Part shown: positions 11,590 to 23,257 of the stretch, piece by piece
Layout: every line of letters begins with the position of its first letter
How positions within the stretch are numbered: the stretch's first letter is position 1
Source of the DNA: an uncultured Planctomycetaceae bacterium
Lineage (GTDB): Bacteria > Planctomycetota > Planctomycetia > Pirellulales > PALSA-1355
Assembly (NCBI GenBank): GCA_963785305.1
Contig: CAWAUV010000008.1
Coordinates: forward strand, 1,408,001 to 1,472,000
DNA: 64,000 nt
Direction: 5' to 3'
Made by a program: the position numbers and the translations under genes
Notes under the pieces: model-generated
The model's input: only the letters and a program-made list of their open reading frames with translations
What the model was told of the DNA's origin: nothing
Databases searched by the model: none

Positions 11590-12606
11590 ATGACGCGTCG
11601 CATGCTTGCGCGGCGGCTTGCTGTTCGACATTCGGACCGGCTGCTCGCGGTCTTGGCGGTCTGGTGCTTCGCGGGAGCGGTTTGGGCCGACGCGCCGGCA
11701 AACGAAAACTCCGCGCCGGAGTCCAAGGGCGACGCGTCGATCACGATCGACGATCAGCTGCTGACGCCCGCCCAGCAGCATCAGCTCGAGCTTTACAAGT
11801 CGATCACCTGGCAATCCGGCCCGGTCACCGCGCCGCTGGGGGTGATCGCCACGGTGCGAGTGCCCGAAGGTTTCAAATTGACGACCGGTCCCGGCGTCGC
11901 CGCGTTCTTGGAATTGACGCAAAACATGCCCGATCCGTCGCTGCTGGGAATCATGGCGCCCGAGGATCATGGCGGCTGGTTCATGACGTTTGACTATCAA
12001 AACACCGGCCATGTGGCCGACGACGAGAAGGACAAGCTCGACGCCGGGGCGATTCTCGACAGTTTTCGCGAGGGCGCCGAAGCGTCGAACGCCGAACGCA
12101 AGCGCCGCGGTTGGGGCGAGATGCACATCGATGGTTGGATTCAACCGCCGGCCTACGATCCCGCGATCAAGAATCTCACCTGGGCCCTCAAGGGCAATAG
12201 CGATGGCGGCGAGTTCGCCAACTACAACTTACGGCTGCTTAGTCGGCAGGGCGTGATGAGCGTGGGGCTCGTGAGCAGTCCCGATCGCGTGGCCGCGCTC
12301 ATTCCCAAGGCCCAGGAACTATCGGCCGGCTGCGAATTCACGGCGGGCAATAAATACGGCGAGTTTCGCGCCGGCGACAAGGTGGCGGAATATGGCTTGC
12401 TTGGTCTGATCACCGGCGGCGCCGCCATCGCCGCGGCCAAAACCGGCCTGCTCGCCAAGCTCGGTCTCATGTTCGCCAAGTTCGCCAAGATCATCATCAT
12501 TGGCGCGCTGGCCGTGGGCGCGGCGATCGTGAAGTTCTTCAAGGCGATCGCCGCCGCCATCGGCCGGCTCTTCGGCGTGAGCTCCTCGCCGTCCGACTCC
12601 CCATGA
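11590..12606 (+). CDS. DUF2167 family membrane-anchored protein
   Basis: TGHVADDEKDKLDAGAIL, NAERKRRG, GWIQPPAYD, NYNLRLLSRQGV, GNKYGEF..GDKVAEYGLLGLI..G...KTGLL. Confidence 0.9.
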   Translation: MTRRMLARRLAVRHSDRLLAVLAVWCFAGAVWADAPANENSAPESKGDASITIDDQLLTPAQQHQLELYKSITWQSGPVTAPLGVIATVRVPEGFKLTTGPGVAAFLELTQNMPDPSLLGIMAPEDHGGWFMTFDYQNTGHVADDEKDKLDAGAILDSFREGAEASNAERKRRGWGEMHIDGWIQPPAYDPAIKNLTWALKGNSDGGEFANYNLRLLSRQGVMSVGLVSSPDRVAALIPKAQELSAGCEFTAGNKYGEFRAGDKVAEYGLLGLITGGAAIAAAKTGLLAKLGLMFAKFAKIIIIGALAVGAAIVKFFKAIAAAIGRLFGVSSSPSDSP

Positions 12607-13758
12607 CCGACACCGAGATTATTCTGCTGGTGCTGGCGGCGATCTATGTCTTCGAAAGTTTGTGCTGGATACCCGCCGGCGCGGTCTGCTTTTCGGCCAG
12701 CTTCGGCAAGCCTCGGCCGATGGCGTCGATCGCGCCCGTGGCGGGCAACACCGGCCGCCTGACACTCACCAGCCTGCTACCCACGACCACGAGCTTCGTG
12801 TGCGACGAATGGCCGGTCGCGCTCGATGCGCGGAATCGCGCTCCTCGCGGCGCCCGCCGAGGCCGCTTCGCCCGAAGACGCTCGCGATTGGCGCGCGTTT
12901 GGCGATATCGCCAACATTGTCGCTGTCGAGCGATTTCTCGTGATCGACGATTGCAAGATCGCGAGAATGTCGTCGCAATCGGCCGCGCGGCTTTGCGCCG
13001 GCCGCTTGCAAGCGATGCATCGCGCCGCGCCTGGCGAGCGCGAGCGCCTCGTGGCCGAACTGCTCGACACGCTGTGCGACGAACAACAGGTCGCGGCGAA
13101 GGTCGCCGAATATCGCCGCGCAACCCGGGGACTCCGCTTCGCCGCCGAGGGCCTGTGGCTCACGACCTTCCTCGCGGCGCCGATCATGTATTGGCAAACA
13201 CGTTCGCTATTCGTCGGCGATGGCGTGATCGTGTCCGGCCTATTTCTCGCGTTGTGGTCGGTGATCGTGGCCCGATGCTTTTTCGTGCGGCGGCGACTCG
13301 TCGCGGAAAGCCGCTGGGCCAGCTTGGGAAACATGTTGCTCGTGGCCGTGTCGCCCGGCTCGGCGATGCGCGTTGCCGAGACGATCGGCCGCGACCGACT
13401 CGCGGGTCACGACCCGGTGGTGGTGGCCGCCGTGGTGTGCCCGCCCGACGACGCCGCGGCGTTTGGCGCCCAGCGGATGCGCGAGCTATTCTTTCCGCGG
13501 CCCGAGGATTCGCTTTCGCTCGATTCGGCCGCGGGCCAAGCTCGGGCTTGGTTTCGCGGTCAATTGCTCGCGCGGCGCGTGAGCGCGTTGGAGCGGCTGG
13601 GCATCGAGACCGGCGGATTCTTTTCCCCGCCGCCGCCGGTCGACGACGCGCGCGCCTATTGCCCGCGTTGCTTGGGACAATTCGTGTTCCCCGCCGGGGC
13701 GTGTCCCGAATGCGGAGTGGTGGTGCGTGCTTTCGAGTCGACGCGCCAACGCTCGTAA
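12603..13758 (+). CDS. Hypothetical membrane protein with C-terminal zinc ribbon; indel at ~12830
   Basis: 4-nt overlap with upstream gene; N-part in ORF 12603, C-part in ORF 12826-13758 with TM segments and YCPRC...CPECG. Confidence 0.7.
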
Positions 13759-13776
13759 TCGCGCGTTAACAGGCGG

Positions 13777-14438
13777 TTAATCGTCGAGCGTTACATCCTC
13801 GCCGTAGCCGGGTGGGAAAGGATTGCGAGGATCGGTCGCTTCGTGCTTGTCTTCCGACGAGTCGTCGGCCGCGCGATGTGGCTCGGCGGCGGCGGAGTTC
13901 CGATCGACCTCGGCGCGTGCCTCGGCAATACCGAATCGCTCGAGCCAGTAGCGGACTTCATGGGGCTCAAGTCGCCCCGAGCCAGCGCCGGGCGGTTGGG
14001 CGTGGGCCGGGGCTTTGTCGGCCGCTTGGCGTCGCTGGCTCCGGCCGCGAAGCACTTCGGCGAACCAACGATCGCTATCCACGGCCAGCGCTTTGCGTCG
14101 CCGCGCGGCGCGTTGGATGCGATGATCGCTCGACACCACGACCAAGCGGCGCGGGGCGGAATCGGCGCGGATCAGCTCTTCGATCAGATCGTCGGCGTCG
14201 GACTTGCCGGCCGAAAAACGAACTTCGATGCCGCGATGCCGACCGGAGCGAACGCGGCCGCTGGCGCTCGTGCCGGCGTCGAACACGACCGTGGTGCGGG
14301 CGAGCTCGCGCGGTTCGAGCGATTCGGCCAGACAGTCGAGCAGGCGCCGCGGGTGCGCTGGAGCGTGGCCGGACCGATGCCGCGGGCCAGAATTCCGCTG
14401 GCATGCAGCAGATTGTAGCCATCGATCAGAATCGCCAT
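13777..14438 (-). CDS. NYN domain (YacP-like PIN-fold RNase) protein; indel at ~14347
   Basis: MAILIDGYNLL start; VVFDAG, ADDLIEELI, VVVSSDHRIQRAA in shifted frame. Confidence 0.85.
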
Positions 14439-14488
14439 GGTACCCAACGATCGGCGAAAAGCGCCGCGGCGGCGCGGGCGCCCGCTGC

Positions 14489-15787
14489 TCAGCAGGTGGC
14501 CATCCGTTGACGCGCCCGCGTGAATTTGACTTTGCCGCCCACGATCACGGTTTCGGCCTGCCCGGTGAGGCGCCAGCCGCCAAACGGCGTGTTCTTGCTC
14601 TTGGAGAGAAACCTGGTCGGATCGACGCGCCAGGAAATCTCGGGATCGATGATCGTGACATCGGCGTCGGCGCCCACGCGGAGCGTGCCCTTGTCGATGC
14701 CGAGAATGCGAGCTGGGTTCATCGTGAGCTTGGCCAGCGCGGTCGACCAATCCAAGTGACCCGGCAGGATCAATTGCGTGACGACCAGCCCCAGGCATGT
14801 CTCAAGCCCCACGATGCCGAACGGCGCCTGATCGAACTCGCGCATCTTCTTTTCCAAGGAATGCGGCGCGTGATCGGTGCAGATCGCGTCGATCGTGCCA
14901 TCGACCAGCCCGGCAATGCAGGCGTCGACATCGCGCTGGCCGCGCAGGGGCGGGCTCATCTTGAAATTCGAGTCAAACGTCCGCAGGCATTCGTCCGTCA
15001 ACGTGAAATGATGCGGGCACACTTCGGTCGTCACGCGCACATTGCGACTTTTGGCCCGCCGCACGATATCGACACTGCCCGCGCTCGAGACATGCATTAG
15101 ATGCACGCGTCCGCCGGTGGCTTCGGCCAGCGAGATATCGCGAGCCGTCATCGCGTCTTCGGCCACGGCCGGCATGCCAGGCAAGCCGAGCACCAGTGAC
15201 ACGAGCCCTTCGTGCATCACGCCGCCCTGCGTCAATTCGCGAACTTCGGCATGATTGAGCACCGGTTTATTGAACATTTGACAATATTCAAGAGCGCGGC
15301 GCATCAGTTCGGGATCGTAAACCGGGGCGCCGTCGTCGCTAAACGCCACGGCGCCGGCCTGCACAAGCTGTCCGATTTCGGCCAGCTCCTTGCCCTCGCG
15401 ATTCTTGCTGACCGTGGCCACCACGAACACATTGCAGTTGTTGGCCCGGGCCGCTTGATGCTGAACGAACTCGACGCTCGCCTGGGTGTCGATCGGCGGC
15501 TCGGTGTTTGGAATGCACGCGATCGAGGAGAACCCGCCGGCCAAGGCGGCGGCGGTGCCGGTGGCGATCGTTTCGTCTTCCTCGCGGCCGGGCTCGCGCA
15601 GGTGAACATGCATGTCGATCAGGCCCGGAGACACGATGCGCCCGCCGGCGTCGATGCGGGTCTCGGCCGCGTCGGGCGAAACATCGAGCGCGGCGATATG
15701 TCCGCCTTCGATGAGCACATTGGTGATCCGGTCCAGTTTTTGGCTGGGGTCGATCACGCGGCCGCCTTCGATCACAATGCTCGACAT
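14489..15787 (-). CDS. pyrC: Dihydroorotase
   Basis: PGLIDMHVHLREPG, AALAGG, PNTEP, FSDDG, EVCPHH, KMSPPLR, TDHAPH. Confidence 0.97.
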   Translation of the reverse strand: MSSIVIEGGRVIDPSQKLDRITNVLIEGGHIAALDVSPDAAETRIDAGGRIVSPGLIDMHVHLREPGREEDETIATGTAAALAGGFSSIACIPNTEPPIDTQASVEFVQHQAARANNCNVFVVATVSKNREGKELAEIGQLVQAGAVAFSDDGAPVYDPELMRRALEYCQMFNKPVLNHAEVRELTQGGVMHEGLVSLVLGLPGMPAVAEDAMTARDISLAEATGGRVHLMHVSSAGSVDIVRRAKSRNVRVTTEVCPHHFTLTDECLRTFDSNFKMSPPLRGQRDVDACIAGLVDGTIDAICTDHAPHSLEKKMREFDQAPFGIVGLETCLGLVVTQLILPGHLDWSTALAKLTMNPARILGIDKGTLRVGADADVTIIDPEISWRVDPTRFLSKSKNTPFGGWRLTGQAETVIVGGKVKFTRARQRMATC

Positions 15788-15828
15788 GGTCATTCCTGAG
15801 GCGATAGGGTGGGGGACCGTGGGTTTAC

Positions 15829-15904
15829 AGCCTATCCGACAACTTCGGCGAGCCCTCGCCCTACCCTCTCCCAAAAAAGGAGAGGGGGAGTTGTCGGATG
15901 GGCT
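15829..15904. mobile_element. MITE-like palindromic element: 16-bp terminal inverted repeats around a boxC-like CCCTCGCCCTACCCTCTCCC...GGAGAGGG core
   Basis: AGCCTATCCGACAACT (15829-15844) vs AGTTGTCGGATGGGCT (15889-15904), 15/16 complementary; related core at 46465-46496. Confidence 0.7.
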
Positions 15905-16956
15905 CTTAATCGCTTCGACGCATCGTGCGCCGCTTCGAATCGAACTCCATTAGGAAGCGGTCGCGACCGACGGGGCTGCGCGCTCGCGGCGCCCTCGGCT
16001 TTCTCGCCCAAGATCAGCCACAGCGCCGCCATGCGCACCGCCAGGCCGTTGGTCACTTGTTCCAAGATCGCGGAGTGCGGGCCATCGGCCACTTCCGGCG
16101 TGACTTCCACGCCGCGATTGATCGGTCCCGGAGCAAGAATCAGCACATCGGGCTTGGCCAGCGCCAGCCGCTGCCGGTTCATCGCATAGAGCAGCGCGTA
16201 TTCGCGCACACTGGGAAACGGTCGCGTCGATTGCCGCTCGAATTGAATGCGCAGCAGATTCAGCACATCGCACCGCGGCAAGATCGCGTCGAGATCGTAG
16301 GCTACTTCCACGCCCAATTCTTCCCAGCGGCGCGAAACAAGCGTCGACGGGCCGCACACGATCACATGCGCCCCGAGTTTGGTGAGGCCCCAGATATTCG
16401 AGCGGGCCGTGCGGCTGAAGGCGATATCGCCCACGAGCGCCACCGTGAGCCCGGCGACGCGGCCGAGCCGCTCGCGGATCGAAAGAATATCGAGCAGGCC
16501 CTGGGTCGGATGTTCATGCGGACCATCGCCGGCATTGAGCACGGCGCATTCGAGGTTGGCCGCCAGCAGATGCGAAGTGCCGGGAGTGCGATGCCGCACG
16601 ATCACGGCGTCGATGCCCATTGCTTCGATATTTCGCGCGGTGTCGATCAGGGTCTCGCCCTTGGCGAGGCTGCTGCCCGAGGCGCTGAAATCAACGGTGT
16701 CGGCGCCCAGCCGTCGGGCGGCGAGCGAGAAGCTGGTTTTGGTGCGAGTCGAATTCTCGAAGAATAGATTCGCCACCGTGCGACCGGCGAGGAGCGGCAG
16801 CTTGCGAGCGCAGTTGCCGGTCGCGTTTTTGAGGGCGACCGCCGTGTCGAGCAAGGTCGAGATTTCGGCGGCGGTGAGACTTTCGATATCGAGCAAATGG
16901 CGCCGCGGCCACGATCGCGACGCTGCTTCGAGTTCATCGCCACAGTTTGCGTTCAT
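15832..16956 (-). CDS. pyrB: Aspartate carbamoyltransferase catalytic subunit (true C-terminus uncertain)
   Basis: [69 protein letters not shown]. Confidence 0.97.
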   Translation of the reverse strand: MNANCGDELEAASRSWPRRHLLDIESLTAAEISTLLDTAVALKNATGNCARKLPLLAGRTVANLFFENSTRTKTSFSLAARRLGADTVDFSASGSSLAKGETLIDTARNIEAMGIDAVIVRHRTPGTSHLLAANLECAVLNAGDGPHEHPTQGLLDILSIRERLGRVAGLTVALVGDIAFSRTARSNIWGLTKLGAHVIVCGPSTLVSRRWEELGVEVAYDLDAILPRCDVLNLLRIQFERQSTRPFPSVREYALLYAMNRQRLALAKPDVLILAPGPINRGVEVTPEVADGPHSAILEQVTNGLAVRMAALWLILGEKAEGAASAQPRRSRPLPNGVRFEAAHDASKRLRAHPTTPPLLFWERVGRGLAEVVG

Positions 16957-17202
16957 CGCTATCGCCGGGTGGGGGAAGGTTGCCTGCCGGGCGAGTCGTC
17001 GACCGGCCCAGGTCGCGCATGCCCCCGCGGTTCGCGCGGATTTCGCGAGCGAAGCGGGGCGTTTACCGCGCTCCCCGCGATTCTAACCTATTGGTAGAAG
17101 GCTGCAATCAAGGGGAGAAAAATCGCGCGGCCGCCCCCGGCGATCGGGCGCCGGCTGCCGGTTCCCAGGAGCAGACCGCATCGGTAAATCTTGCGGAATA
17201 TT

Positions 17203-17231
17203 TTTTGCGCGGGGTCCGCGTTCGTTATAAT
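17203..17231 (+). promoter_or_regulatory. Putative sigma70 promoter for the DUF1553 gene
   Basis: Perfect TATAAT at 17226-17231 with TTTTGC/TTGCGC 15-17 nt upstream in the divergent intergenic region. Confidence 0.45.
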
Positions 17232-17370
17232 CGAAGGGTTGAGTTTCGCGTCGCCCGAGCCTGCCTCGATGGCGGTGTGTCTTGCTTGTTTTGCCAAGCG
17301 ACACCGCTCCCGCCCCCAGCCCGACGACCCTAGTTGTTTCCAAGGCCCTTTTGCGTCCGAGGATTTTGCG

Positions 17371-20300
17371 ATGTCGCTCCGGCTCATAGCGTTCGTTCTT
17401 TGCGGCGCTTCGTGGATGAACCTTTCGGCGGGCTTGGCCGCCGAGGCGCCGCGCTACAATCGCGAGGTGCGGCCGATTCTGGCCGAACATTGCTTCCGCT
17501 GCCACGGGCCCGATAGCGCGTTGCGCAAAGGCGAACTGCGGCTCGACCGCCGTGAGTTGGCGATCGAAAAGCAGGCGATTCGGCCGGGCGACGCCGAGCA
17601 TGGCGGCGTGATCGAACGAATCTTCAGCGCCGATCCCGAAGAAGTGATGCCGCCGCCGGCCACTCACAAGGACCTCTCGGCCGCGGAGAAGGAAACGCTC
17701 AAGCGTTGGATCGCCGCCGGCGCCGAGTATGAACCGCATTGGTCGTTTCTCGCTCCCCGGCGCGGCGAACCGCCGGCGGTGAAAAATGAAGCTTGGCCGC
17801 GCAACGCGATCGATCGTTTCGTGCTCGCGCGGCTCGAAGCCGAGGGGCTCGAGCCGGCGCCCGAGGCCGATCGCCGCGTGCTGGCGCGGTGCTTGAGCCT
17901 GGACCTCACCGGGTTGCCGCCCGCGCCCGAGGATGTGGATCAATTCGTGGCCGATCCCTCGATCGACGCCTACGAGCGCTATGTCGATCGCCTGCTGACG
18001 CTGCCGTCGTGGGGCGAACATCGGGCCCGCTATTGGCTCGACGCCGCGCGCTATGCCGACACCCACGGCATTCACTTCGACAACTATCGCGAGATGTGGC
18101 TCTACCGCGATTGGGTGATCGACGCCTTCAATCGCAACAAGCCATTCGATCGATTCACGATCGAACAACTCGCGGGCGACCTGCTTCCCGACGCCACGCT
18201 CGAACAACAAATCGCCTCGGGTTTCAACCGCTGCAATATCACGACCAACGAAGGCGGCGCGATCGACGAGGAGTACCTGGTGCTCTACGATCGCGACCGC
18301 ACGGAAACCACGGCCCAGGTCTGGCTCGGGCTCACGGCCGGGTGCGCCGTGTGCCACGATCACAAGTTCGATCCGCTCTCCCAACGCGAGTTCTACGAGC
18401 TCGCCGCGTTTTTCAACAACACGCCGCAGCGCGCGTATGGACGGCAACAAAAAAGACCCACCGCCGGTGGTGTTCGTTCCGCGAGACGAGGACAAACCTC
18501 GGTATCAACTGATTGCCGCCGAATTGGCCGAAGTCGAGCGGCAGCGCGCGGCGCGACAAACCTCGGCCCGCGCCGATTTCGACGCCTGGGCCTTGACCGC
18601 CACTCCTGCCGAAACGATTGCCCTGGCCCCCGGCAATGGCCTGAAATTGCTCGCTCTCCTGAACGAAGGGCAAGGCGATTCGGTGAATATGCTGGTCAAC
18701 GGCGAGTCGCGGCAAGTGGCGGCCATCGGCCCGCTGGCCTGGGACGCGGGCCATGTCTCGACGCAGAGCTTCAAGAGTCAACCCGGCCTCGAGCTCGCGG
18801 TGGCCGAAGCGGGTGACTTCGAGCGAGATCAGCCGTTTAGCGCGCTCGGCCTGGGTCAAGCTGTCGAAGGCCGATCAGACCGGCGCCGTGTTCGCCCGCA
18901 TGGACGACGCCCACGACTATCGTGGCTGGGACCTTTGGATCGAGAACGGCATGGTCGGCTCGCATGTGATCCATGCCTGGGACGGCAAGGACGCGCTCAA
19001 GGTCGTATCGAAGAGTCGGCTCAAGCCGAATTCGTGGAACCATCTGGCCGTGACCTACGATGGATCGAGCAAAGCCAAGGGCCTCAAGATTTATGTCAAC
19101 GGCGAGCTCCAAAAAACATCGACCGGTTCCGACAATCTTAAAAACACGATTCGCACCGAAGTGCCCTTCCGCGTCGCCCAGCGCAACAACGGTTCGCGCC
19201 TAAACGACGCGCTCGATTCAAGACCTGCGCGTCTACGATCGGCCGCTCTCGGAAGTCGAAATCAAGCAAGTGGCCGAGGCCACGCGAGCCGCGTGGCTCG
19301 TCTCGAAGGCCAAGGATAATCGCACTCCGGCCGAAACCAAGGAGCTCTACGATTGGTGGCTCGAGGCGATGGATGTCGCGAGCCGCGAGTTGGTTGGCCG
19401 TCAGTCGACGCTCAAGAGCGAAGAATCGGCGATCACCCAGCGCGGGGCGATCACGCATGTGATGAGCGAGCGCAACGAGCCGCCGAAGGCGTTCGTGCTC
19501 TACCGCGGCGAATACGACAAGCGGCGCGATCAGGTCGAGGCGCTCACTCCCGCCTGGCTTCCGCCGCTTCCCGCCGGCGCGCCGAAAAATCGGCTGGGAT
19601 TGGCCGAGTGGCTCGTCGATCCCGCGCATCCGCTCACGGCCCGGGTGACGGTGAATCGCTTTTGGCAAGAGGTGTTCGGCGTGGGACTGGTGCGCACCAC
19701 CGGCGACCTGGGCCTCAGCGGCGAACTGCCTTCGCATCCGGAACTGCTCGATTGGATGGCGGTCGAGTTCCGCGAATCGGGTTGGGATGTCAAAAAGTTC
19801 TTCAAGCTGCTCGTGACCTCGGCCGCGTATCGACAAGCCGCGCTCAACACCCCGCTCAAACTCGAACGCGACGCCGCGAACAAGCTGCTCTCGCGCGGCC
19901 CTCGCTTCCGCATGGAAGCCGAAATGGTGCGCGACTACGCCCTGGCCGCCAGCGGACTGCTTGTGTCCACGATCGGCGGGCCCAGCGTGCGGCCTTACCA
20001 ACCCGAGGGGGTATGGGAAGCGGTGGCGATGCCGGGCAGCGACACGCGGAATTACAAGCAAGACCACGGCGACGCGCTCTATCGCCGGAGCATGTACACG
20101 CTTTGGAAGCGTTCGGCCCCGCCGGCTTCGATGGAAATCTTCAACGCTCCGAGCCGCGAAGTTTGCACCGTGCGCCGCGAGCGAACCAACACGCCGCTGC
20201 AAGCCCTGGTGACGCTCAACGATATCCAGTTCGTCGAAGCCGCCCGGCATTTGGCCGAGCGGGCAATGCTCGATAGCCCCGAGACTTCCGCCCGGCAAGA

Positions 20301-20532
20301 TTTCATCGCCCGGCGGCTGCTCGGCCGATCGCTTCGGGCCGAGGAAGCGGCGATCGTGTCTCGCGGGCAAGCGGCGCTCGAGGAACATTATCGTGCGCAT
20401 GGCGACGACGCGAAAAAGCTCGTGGCCATCGGTGAATCGAAAGCCGACGCCTCGCTCGATTCGGCGACGCTCGCCGCCTGGACGATGGTGGCCAGCGAGC
20501 TGATGAACCTCGACGAATCACTCAATAAATAA
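17371..20532 (+). CDS. Planctomycete cytochrome c + DUF1549 + LamG-like + DUF1553 protein; 3 apparent indels (~18433, ~18843, ~19213)
   Basis: VRPILAEHCFRCHGPD, WLDAARYADT, CAVCHDHKFDP, WNHLAVTYDG, NRLGLAEWL, PSHPELLDW, RRERTNTPLQAL across ORFs 17191/18437/18753/19270. Confidence 0.93.
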
Positions 20533-20546
20533 ATTGGAGGCACGCG

Positions 20547-22015
20547 ATGCATCCCCTGGCCGAACTTCGCCAAGCGCTTACCCGGCGCCATTTTCTTCAG
20601 CGCGGGTCCGATATTGTCGGCGCCGCGGCGCTGGCCGCGCTCCTGGGTCGCGATCGGCTTTCGGCCGCCGAGCCGGCGCCGCGGTTCATGCACGCCGCCC
20701 ACCCGAACCTCACCCACTTCGCCGCCAAAGCCCAGCATGTGATCTATCTGCACATGGTCGGCGGTCCTTCGCAGATCGACTTGTACGACTACAAGCCGAA
20801 GATGAACGAGATGTACGACAAGGACCTGCCCGACTCGATCCGCCAAGGCCAGCGGCTCACGACCATGACCTCGGGCCAAGCCCGTTTTCCGATCGCGCCG
20901 TCGAAGTACAAATTCACCCAGCATGGCCAAAACGGCCTTTGGATCAGCGAGCTAATGCCCTGGACCGCCAAGATGATCGATGATCTGTGCATGATTCGCA
21001 GCATGCACACCGAGGCGATCAATCACGAACCGGCGATCACCTTCATGCAGACCGGCAACCAGATCACGGGCCGGCCGTGCCTGGGCGCCTGGTCGAGCTA
21101 CGGGCTCGGCTCGCTCAACGACGATCTGCCGTCGTTCGTGGTGCTGGTGGCCAAACCGAGCAATACCGAGCAACTGCAAGCCATCTCGGCCCGGCTCTGG
21201 TCGAGCGGATATTTGCCGAGCGATCATGCCGGAGTGTCGTTTCGCTCGGGCGGCGATCCGATTCTCTATATCAACAATCCCGATGGCGTGTCGGCCGATG
21301 TGCGCCGCAAGATGCTCGACGGCGTGTCGGCGCTGAATGAATTGACGTTCCGCGAGCTTGGCGACCCGGAAACCCAGGCGCGCATCCAGCAATACGAATT
21401 GGCCTACCGCATGCAATCGAGCGTTCCGGAGCTGGTGCGGCTGGAAGACGAACCGCCGACGACCGAAGCGCTCTACGGCGAAGACATCAAAAAGCCGGGG
21501 AGCTTCGCCCATAGCGTGCTGCTGGCGCGGCGGCTGGTGGAGCGGGGCGTGCGGTTCGTGCAAATCTATCACAACAACTGGGATACCCACGGCAATGTCT
21601 CCGGCCGATTGCCGATGCAGTGCAAGGATGTCGATCAGCCGTGCTATGGCTTGGTGCAAGACCTCAAGCAGCGCGGGCTGCTCGACAAGACATTGATTAT
21701 CTGGGGCGGCGAGTTCGGGCGCACGATCTATTCGCAAGGCTCGCTCAGCCACGACAACTACGGTCGCGATCATCATCCCCGCTGTTTCACGATGTGGATG
21801 GCCGGCGGCGGCGCGAAGCCCGGCGTGGTGCATGGCGAGACCGACGATTTTTCGTACAACATCACGAAAGACCCGGTGCATATCCACGACTTCCATGCCA
21901 CGGTGCTCAAGCTCCTGGGTTTCGACCACGAGCGATTCACCTACCGCTACCAGGGACTCGATCAGCGGCTCACCGGCGTCGAGCCGTGCGCGTGATTAGC
22001 GAACTGATCGCGTGA
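20547..22015 (+). CDS. DUF1501 family protein with Tat-like signal; indel at ~21989
   Basis: TRRHFL, GGPSQIDLYDYKP, LARRLVERGVRFVQ, WDTH, WGGEFGRT, GRDHHP, RLTGVE..RVISELIA. Confidence 0.93.
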
Positions 22016-22189
22016 GCGCGGCGAGCTGGCGAGCATGGCCCAGTGGCGTGGATGCGTCGAGGCATTTCGGCATTTTGCGCCTCGAAATTTAGGCCCCCAT
22101 CGAGCGTGATTCCAGGTTATAATGCCTTGCTCGAGTGGCGGCGCGCTGGCGGCCCGACTATTTCTCTCACGCCGAGGATTCCTCTTCGC

Positions 22190-23164
22190 ATGATCGCTCC
22201 GATCGCCGTGGATATCGACCATGTTAGCCATGCCTACGGCTCGCGGCAGGCGCTCGATGACCTTTCGCTTTCGATCGCCGCCGGCGAGATCGTGGCGGTG
22301 CTCGGGCCCAATGGCGGCGGCAAAACCACGCTGTTTCGCCTGCTCTCGACCCTGATCCCGCTCCGGTCGGGCCATATGCGCGTGTTGGGCCACGATTTGG
22401 CGTCGAGCGCCATGAAGCCCGCAAGTTGATGGGCGTGGTGTTTCAAGCGCCGAGCCTCGATAAGAAACTAACCGTCGTCGAAAACATCCGCCTGCAAGGC
22501 AGCCTCTACGGCCTCTCGGGCGCCCGGCTCGACGCCCGCGTGCGGACCATGCTCGACGCGCTCGCGCTGGCCGATCGGGCCCATGAACGCACCGAAACGC
22601 TCTCGGGCGGTCTGCGGCGTCGGGTCGAACTGGCCAAGGGCCTCATCCATGAGCCGCGGCTGCTGATTCTCGACGAACCGAGCACCGGCCTCGACCCCGC
22701 GGCCCGCGTCGACTTGTGGAACTATCTTGCGCCGGGTGCGTTCGGAGCAAGGGGTCACGATCGTCCTGACGACCCATCTGCTCGAGGAAGCCGACAAGGC
22801 CGATCGGATCGCGATTTTGAATCACGGCAAGCTCGTGGCTTGGGACTCGCCCGACGCGCTGCGATCGACCGTGGGCGGCGATGCGATCACGATCCAGTCG
22901 CCGCGGCCCGATCGGCTGGCGGACGCCATTCGCGAACGTTTCGGTTGCGACGCGCGGCGGATCGACGATTCGGTGCGACTCGAGCAGGCCAACGGCTCGC
23001 AGTGGATCGCGCGGCTGGTCGAGGCGTTTCCCGAGGATATCCAAGCGATCACGCTCGGCAAGCCGACGCTGGAAGATGTGTTCATCGACCGCACTGGGCA
23101 TCGCTTCATGCAGCCGCGCGTCGACGATGGCCCGCCAGCGAAGGGCGCCCGCAAGCGTCATTGA
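22190..23164 (+). CDS. ABC transporter ATP-binding protein; indels at ~22410 and ~22730
   Basis: GPNGGGKTT, LSGGLRRRVELA, ILDEPSTGLD, LTTHLLEEA, PTLEDVF over three frames; TATAAT at 22118-22123. Confidence 0.9.
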
Positions 23165-23257
23165 ATCGTTCGGATCGAAGTTACCAACGAACTCGGGTCG
23201 CCACTCGCCCGGATGCACCGGGGCATGCAACAAAATTTCAAGGCACACGAAGCAATT

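Noticed and set aside
7571..11993. Very long antisense ORFs (e.g. 7571-10192 minus, 9945-11993 plus) as overlapping genes
   Set aside because: Expected shadows of high-GC coding strands; Arg/Ala/Pro-rich with no recognisable motifs
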